Under the pieces are notes generated by a model. The model searched no databases and was not told the origin of the DNA. It saw nothing but the letters and a program-made list of their open reading frames with translations. This document shows positions 59,254-64,000 of a DNA stretch of 64,000 nucleotides, piece by piece (the first letter of the stretch is position 1; each line of letters opens with the position of its first letter). Made by a program: the position numbers and the translations under genes. The stretch is taken from positions 806,001-870,000 of the forward strand of contig NZ_BAABFP010000002.1 in the NCBI RefSeq assembly GCF_039541115.1, given 5' to 3'. The DNA is from Angustibacter luteus. GTDB lineage: Bacteria; Actinomycetota; Actinomycetes; Actinomycetales; Angustibacteraceae.

Positions 59254-60501
59254 TCAGCCGTCGCCGACCGCGGCGGACCCCTTGGCCGCACGGCGGGCGC
59301 GCACCGCGTCCATGTCCGTCCAGACCTGCGAGTCGAACGAGACGTTGCCCAGCGTCGAGACCTGGTTGTGCATGACGATCACGACGTCCGGCTTCACCCG
59401 GGCGACGACGTCGCGGATGTTCTCGGGCTTGTTGTAGTGGCGCTCGTCGATGGTGATGAGGGTCTTGACCCGCTCGGAGAAGTACGTGGAGAAGGCGTCG
59501 CCGAACGAGTCCTTCAGGATGAGCACCGTGCCGCGGGCGGCTGGGTCCGGGTTGACCGAGCGCTGGTAGGCCGAGTCGCCGCCCATGAAGGCGAGGTACC
59601 GGTTGGCGTACTTGTCCTTCGCCTTGGCCGCCTTGGTGACGAAGGTGGGCTTGTTGCAGACCGAGCCCCGGCAGATCCGGGCGCGCCACGCGTCCGGCTG
59701 CAGGACGTCGAAGGCGTCCGGCTGCCGGGTCGCACCCGCGGTGACCTCCCGGGCCAGGCTGCCGTAGAAGTCCGGGTACGTCACCGTGTGGTAGGCGCGG
59801 GTGTCGGTACCGATCCGCACGCCCATGCCCGCCAGTCGCTGCGACACCAGGTCCACTGCCCTGATCGCCCCCGCTGGCGTCCAGTGGTGGTCGGTGCGCC
59901 AGTAGTTGGCCTCGCGGGTCGCCGGGTCCGACAGCGTCGGGCCGAGGTCGAGGACCGGGCCACCTCGGGCGATCGCCTTCAGGTAGGCCGGCTTGGTGCC
60001 GGTGTAGCCCCCCTGCCAGGCGGCCGGCAGCTTGTCGTCGAAGACCTCCTCGCGGCGGGGGGCGTAGACCCACAGGATCGGCGTGCCCGTGGCGCGCACG
60101 TCCTTGCCGAGCTGCTCCGCGCGGTCCCCGAACGTCGTCGGCAGCCGCAGCTTGGCCGGCTTGCCGAGCAGGAAGCCGTCCTGGTCACCGACGTAGACGT
60201 TGTTCACGACCGGCTGCCGCAGCACGCCCTTGGACAGCGAGGCGTGCGCCTCGAGCCAGCGCTGCCGACCGGGCACGTGATCGTCCAGCCAGGCCTCCGT
60301 GGTCCGCATCCAGCTGCCGTCGCGGACCGAGTCGACCGTCGCCGGCTCGTACGACTGCAGGGAGCGGCCGTCGAGCGTCGAGCGGGCCGGCGGGTCGAGG
60401 GCGACGGCGCCGAACCCGAGGGCCGTCACGAAGAGCACCAGGGCGAGTCCTGGCGCAGCAGCCAGCCAGAGGCGGCGGCCGTGGCGGGTCGGGCGGGTCA
60501 T
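59254..60501 (-). CDS. DHHW/AlgJ-like SGNH O-acetyltransferase
   Basis: N-terminal TM; YWRTDHHWT, LKDSFG. Confidence 0.85.
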   Translation of the reverse strand: MTRPTRHGRRLWLAAAPGLALVLFVTALGFGAVALDPPARSTLDGRSLQSYEPATVDSVRDGSWMRTTEAWLDDHVPGRQRWLEAHASLSKGVLRQPVVNNVYVGDQDGFLLGKPAKLRLPTTFGDRAEQLGKDVRATGTPILWVYAPRREEVFDDKLPAAWQGGYTGTKPAYLKAIARGGPVLDLGPTLSDPATREANYWRTDHHWTPAGAIRAVDLVSQRLAGMGVRIGTDTRAYHTVTYPDFYGSLAREVTAGATRQPDAFDVLQPDAWRARICRGSVCNKPTFVTKAAKAKDKYANRYLAFMGGDSAYQRSVNPDPAARGTVLILKDSFGDAFSTYFSERVKTLITIDERHYNKPENIRDVVARVKPDVVIVMHNQVSTLGNVSFDSQVWTDMDAVRARRAAKGSAAVGDG

Positions 60502-60512
60502 GGAAGAGCTCC

Positions 60513-62159
60513 TCAGAACCGGAAGTAGATGAACGGCGAGTAGGTCGTCGCCACGACGAAGGCCGTCGCGATGAGCAGCAGCACGCAGCCGGCGGCGGTC
60601 AGCGCGAGGGTGAGCAGCGGCGCCGGCTCGCGCACCAGCACCTCGTCGGGTTCGAGTTCGTCGAGCTGGACGTCGATCGGCTCGGACCCGGCGGCCGTGG
60701 TCGTCAGCGCCGGAGCCTCCTCCACCGCGACCACCGTGGACGTGCCACCGGTCGGAGCCGACGGCAGGCCCTGGTGCACCGGCTCGACGGCAGCGGGCGA
60801 CGTCGCCGGGTCGGCCGGGGAGGCGGGCACCGGGGTCCGGCGTCCGACCCCGCTCGGCGCCTCCCAGCGGCCCGCCATGACGAGCTCGGCCTTGTCCATG
60901 AGGGGCCGGAAGATGCCCGCCGCCAGGACCACCGCGACGATCACGATCACCCAGGTGCTCTGCAGGTCGAGCGTGGTCTGCGAGTCCCAGGCCGGGAGGC
61001 CGCCGCCGGTCAGCATGGTCCGGTAGTACTCCCCGGCCTGGCCGACCGAGGTGCTGCGGAACAGCACCCAGCCCAGCACCGCGACCAGCACGCCGTACAG
61101 GTGCTGCAACGGGATGGGCAGCCGCTCGACGGCGCGGCCCAGGAACGAGCGCTCCAGACCGATCAGCACCCCGTAGTAGAGGCCCCAGAGGATGAACGTC
61201 CACGCCGCCCCGTGCCACAGGCCGGTCAGGCCCCACACGATCAGCAGGTTGCGCCACAGCACGAGAGGCCGCACTCGCGAGCCACCGAGGGGGATGTACA
61301 CGTAGTCCCGGAACCAGGAACCGAGCGAGATGTGCCAGCGCTGCCAGAACTCGCGGGCCGACTTGCTCACGTACGGGTAGCGGAAGTTCTCGTGGAACCG
61401 GACCCCCATCATCGCGGCCAGGCCGATGGCGATGTCGGAGTAGGCGGAGAAGTCCAGGTAGATCTGCAGGCTGTAGAGGACGACGGCCAGCCAGGCCGCG
61501 CCGAACGAGCGCGGCTCGCCGGTGGCGAACATGCCGTCGATGATGACAGCGAGCGAGTCCGCCAGGACCGCCTTCTTCGCCAGGCCGCCGGCCACCCGGA
61601 GCGCGCCGTAGCCGAACAGGCCCGGGTCGAACCGCGGCGCCGCCAGCTGCGGTCCGATGTCGTGCCAGCGCACGATCGGGCCGGCTACCAGGTGCGGGTA
61701 CATGGTCAGGAAGCCGGAGAACGACAGCAGACCCGGCGCGCCGTCGTCCCGGCGCCGGTGGATGTCGATCAGGTAGCCGATCGCCATGAACGTGTAGAAC
61801 GAGACCCCGATCGGCAACGGCAGGTGGGTGCGATCAGCGAGCGCATCCAACCCGAACACGTTGAGCGCGAAGTCCAGGTACTTGAACACCGCGATCGGCA
61901 CCAGCACCACAGCTATGCCGACGACCAGCAACGCGGTGCGCCGCTGGTCCTCGCGGTGGCGCACCAGCAGCCGCCCCCACTGGTAGGTGAAGAGGCCCGT
62001 GACCAGGATCAGGACGACCAGCACCGGCTCGCCCCACGCGTAGAACACCGCGCTCGCCACGAGCAGGGGCGCAACCCGCCAGCGCGGCGGCGCGGCATAG
62101 AAGAGCAGCATCGCAGCGGGCAGGAAGAGGAACAGGAAGATGGTGCTGGTGAAGACCAT
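60513..62159 (-). CDS. MBOAT O-acyltransferase (AlgI/PatA-like)
   Basis: LPIGVSFYTF, AGPIVR, DFSAYSD, FWQRWHISL, LTGLWHGA, FIYFRF. Confidence 0.93.
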   Translation of the reverse strand: MVFTSTIFLFLFLPAAMLLFYAAPPRWRVAPLLVASAVFYAWGEPVLVVLILVTGLFTYQWGRLLVRHREDQRRTALLVVGIAVVLVPIAVFKYLDFALNVFGLDALADRTHLPLPIGVSFYTFMAIGYLIDIHRRRDDGAPGLLSFSGFLTMYPHLVAGPIVRWHDIGPQLAAPRFDPGLFGYGALRVAGGLAKKAVLADSLAVIIDGMFATGEPRSFGAAWLAVVLYSLQIYLDFSAYSDIAIGLAAMMGVRFHENFRYPYVSKSAREFWQRWHISLGSWFRDYVYIPLGGSRVRPLVLWRNLLIVWGLTGLWHGAAWTFILWGLYYGVLIGLERSFLGRAVERLPIPLQHLYGVLVAVLGWVLFRSTSVGQAGEYYRTMLTGGGLPAWDSQTTLDLQSTWVIVIVAVVLAAGIFRPLMDKAELVMAGRWEAPSGVGRRTPVPASPADPATSPAAVEPVHQGLPSAPTGGTSTVVAVEEAPALTTTAAGSEPIDVQLDELEPDEVLVREPAPLLTLALTAAGCVLLLIATAFVVATTYSPFIYFRF

Positions 62160-62361
62160 GAAGTGATTTCTTGTCGCGGCAGGCAGGCCTGGGGAGTATA
62201 CCGGCGACACGTCGCTGCCCGGACCGCGAGCGCGCGCGGCACAGCGGCCGTCCACCCAGAAGAACCGCAGGTCAGAGTAGGTGTGAGCACCCGTGACGGA
62301 CCGTGTCGGGACCGCGTCGGACCGCGTACCGCGAGCCCCCCGCCGCCGGTAGGTTGAGCCC

Positions 62362-64000
62362 ATGGGCCGCACTCCTGAGGAGCCGACGTCCGGGATCGAC
62401 GCGGTGCTGCTGGCGCAGCCGCCCGCGTTCGCCGAGGACGCCGCCGCCGCGATGGCACGCCAGGCGTTCGGCATCGAGACGGCGGGTGCGCGGAACTTGG
62501 GCAGCGAGCGGGACCAGACGTTCATGCTGCTCGACGCCGCGGGCGAGGGACTGGCCATCCTGAAGGTGTCCAACCCCGCCGAGGACCCGGCGACGCTGGA
62601 CATGGAGGCGCTGGTCGCGTTCCACGCCGTCCGCGCCGACCCCGGCCTGGCGGTGGCTCAGCCGCGCCGCGTCCCGACGGCCGACCCGGCCGCGGACGCA
62701 CCCGGGTACCGGGCTCGGTGGGAGCACGCCGGCGACACCCACTGGCTGCGCGCCTACGACCTGCTCCCCGGGCGCGCCCGCCTCGACCCGCTCACCCTGC
62801 CGGACCCGGCCCTCATTGCCTGGGGTGAGACGACTGCTCGACTCGGGCTGGCCCTGCGCAGCTTCATCCACCCCAACGCGATCCGCACCCTGCCGTGGGA
62901 CGTCCAGCACGCCGCCACGGTGCGCCCGATGCTGGGCTCGATCCGCGACGGGGCGACGCGCCGGACGGTCGAGGCGGTGCTGGACCGGTTCGAGGCCAGC
63001 GTCCTGCCGCGCTGGTCCGCGCTGCGGGCGCAGGTGATCCACAGCGACCTCACCGCTGACAACGTGCTGGCGGACGACGACGGCCTGATCACCGGGATCA
63101 TCGACTTCGGCGACCTGAGCCACAGCGCCCTGGTCGTCGACCTCGCGTCCGTGCTGGACTCGATGGCGATGGGCCGTCGCGGCGACGAGATGTTCCGGGT
63201 GGCTCGGCTCGTCCTGGACGGGTACGAGAGGGTCCTGCCGCTGGAACCCCTCGAGCGCGAGGTGATGGGTGAGCTCTGGGCGGCCCGGGCCGCGGTCGGT
63301 GTCGCGATCGGGTCGTGGCGGGCGTCCGAGGGCCTGGAGGAGCAGGTGTTCGCGGAGCGGCTCAACGAGACCGCGCTGGTCATGATGGACCACATGCTGA
63401 CCACCGGGTGGGAGCGCACGGCGCACGCCCTCGGCGCGTCAGGCACCAACGCCCGCAACGGTTCTGGCCTGTCCGGCCGGCGGGACGCGGTCTTCGGTCC
63501 GGCGATGGAGCCGTTGAGCTACGACGAGCCCATCGAGCTGACCTCCGCCCGCGGCGTGTGGATGGCCGCCACCGACGGCCGTCGCTACCTGGACACCTAC
63601 AACAACGTCGTCTGCGTCGGTCACAGCCACCCGCGGGTCACGTCGGCCGTGGCCCGGCAGTGGCGCGTGCTGAACACGAACATGCGCTACCTGCACCACG
63701 CCGCGATCGAGCTCGGCGAGCGCCTGGTGGCGACCTGCCCGCCCGAGCTGGACACGGTCCTGTTCATGAACTCCGGCTCCGAGGCGAACGACCTCGCCTG
63801 GCGGATCGCCAAGTACCACACCGGAAACACCGGCGGCCTGTGCACCGACTTCGCCTACCACGGCATCACCGAGGCGATGGCAGACCTGTCCCCCGAGGTG
63901 CTGCCCGCCGGGGTGTCCGCGGCGGGGCACGTCGAGACCTGGCTGCCGCCGGACGCCTACCGCGGGGCGCACGCCTCGACGGCCGGGTTCGCCGACGCCT
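62362..64000 (+). CDS. APH-like kinase fused to a class III aminotransferase-fold domain (3' end outside window)
   Basis: Read manually (absent from the ORF track): LGSERD, LKVSN, IHSDL...NVL, IIDFGD, then YLDTYNNV..VGHSHP, NSGSEANDLA. Confidence 0.88.
   Translation, partial: MGRTPEEPTSGIDAVLLAQPPAFAEDAAAAMARQAFGIETAGARNLGSERDQTFMLLDAAGEGLAILKVSNPAEDPATLDMEALVAFHAVRADPGLAVAQPRRVPTADPAADAPGYRARWEHAGDTHWLRAYDLLPGRARLDPLTLPDPALIAWGETTARLGLALRSFIHPNAIRTLPWDVQHAATVRPMLGSIRDGATRRTVEAVLDRFEASVLPRWSALRAQVIHSDLTADNVLADDDGLITGIIDFGDLSHSALVVDLASVLDSMAMGRRGDEMFRVARLVLDGYERVLPLEPLEREVMGELWAARAAVGVAIGSWRASEGLEEQVFAERLNETALVMMDHMLTTGWERTAHALGASGTNARNGSGLSGRRDAVFGPAMEPLSYDEPIELTSARGVWMAATDGRRYLDTYNNVVCVGHSHPRVTSAVARQWRVLNTNMRYLHHAAIELGERLVATCPPELDTVLFMNSGSEANDLAWRIAKYHTGNTGGLCTDFAYHGITEAMADLSPEVLPAGVSAAGHVETWLPPDAYRGAHASTAGFADA

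Noticed and set aside
1..64000. CRISPR array, tRNA/rRNA genes, integrase or transposase
   Set aside because: No regularly spaced repeat-spacer units, structural RNA signatures or recombinase motifs were seen by eye.

Overview
A 64 kb chromosomal window from a high-GC actinomycete (gene order and a sigma-28-like promoter suggest a Kineosporiales/Micrococcales-type organism; this is inference). Most of it is ordinary backbone: xth, icd, mdh, folD, purH/purN, sucCD, pcrA, a PspC-linked two-component locus, ECF sigma factors, transporters, a GH1 glucosidase, trpB2, ogt and an MBOAT/DHHW pair. The first ~4.4 kb is the right end of a lower-GC island. It carries three translationally coupled genes (unknown partial gene, metallophosphoesterase, and a fusion of an uncharacterised domain to a DpnII/MboI-like PD-(D/E)XK nuclease), then a Schlafen/AlbA_2 protein and a controller-like XRE regulator with a palindromic operator. 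This is the best candidate for an undescribed defence system. The island boundary appears to fall inside xth, whose last 48 codons have foreign codon usage but keep the conserved ExoIII motifs. Other points of note are an orphan NPPW-type DNA methyltransferase and two pairs of distant promoters sharing motifs at identical spacing. No rRNA, tRNA, CRISPR array, integrase or transposase was seen. All family calls come from reading motifs by eye, not from database searches.
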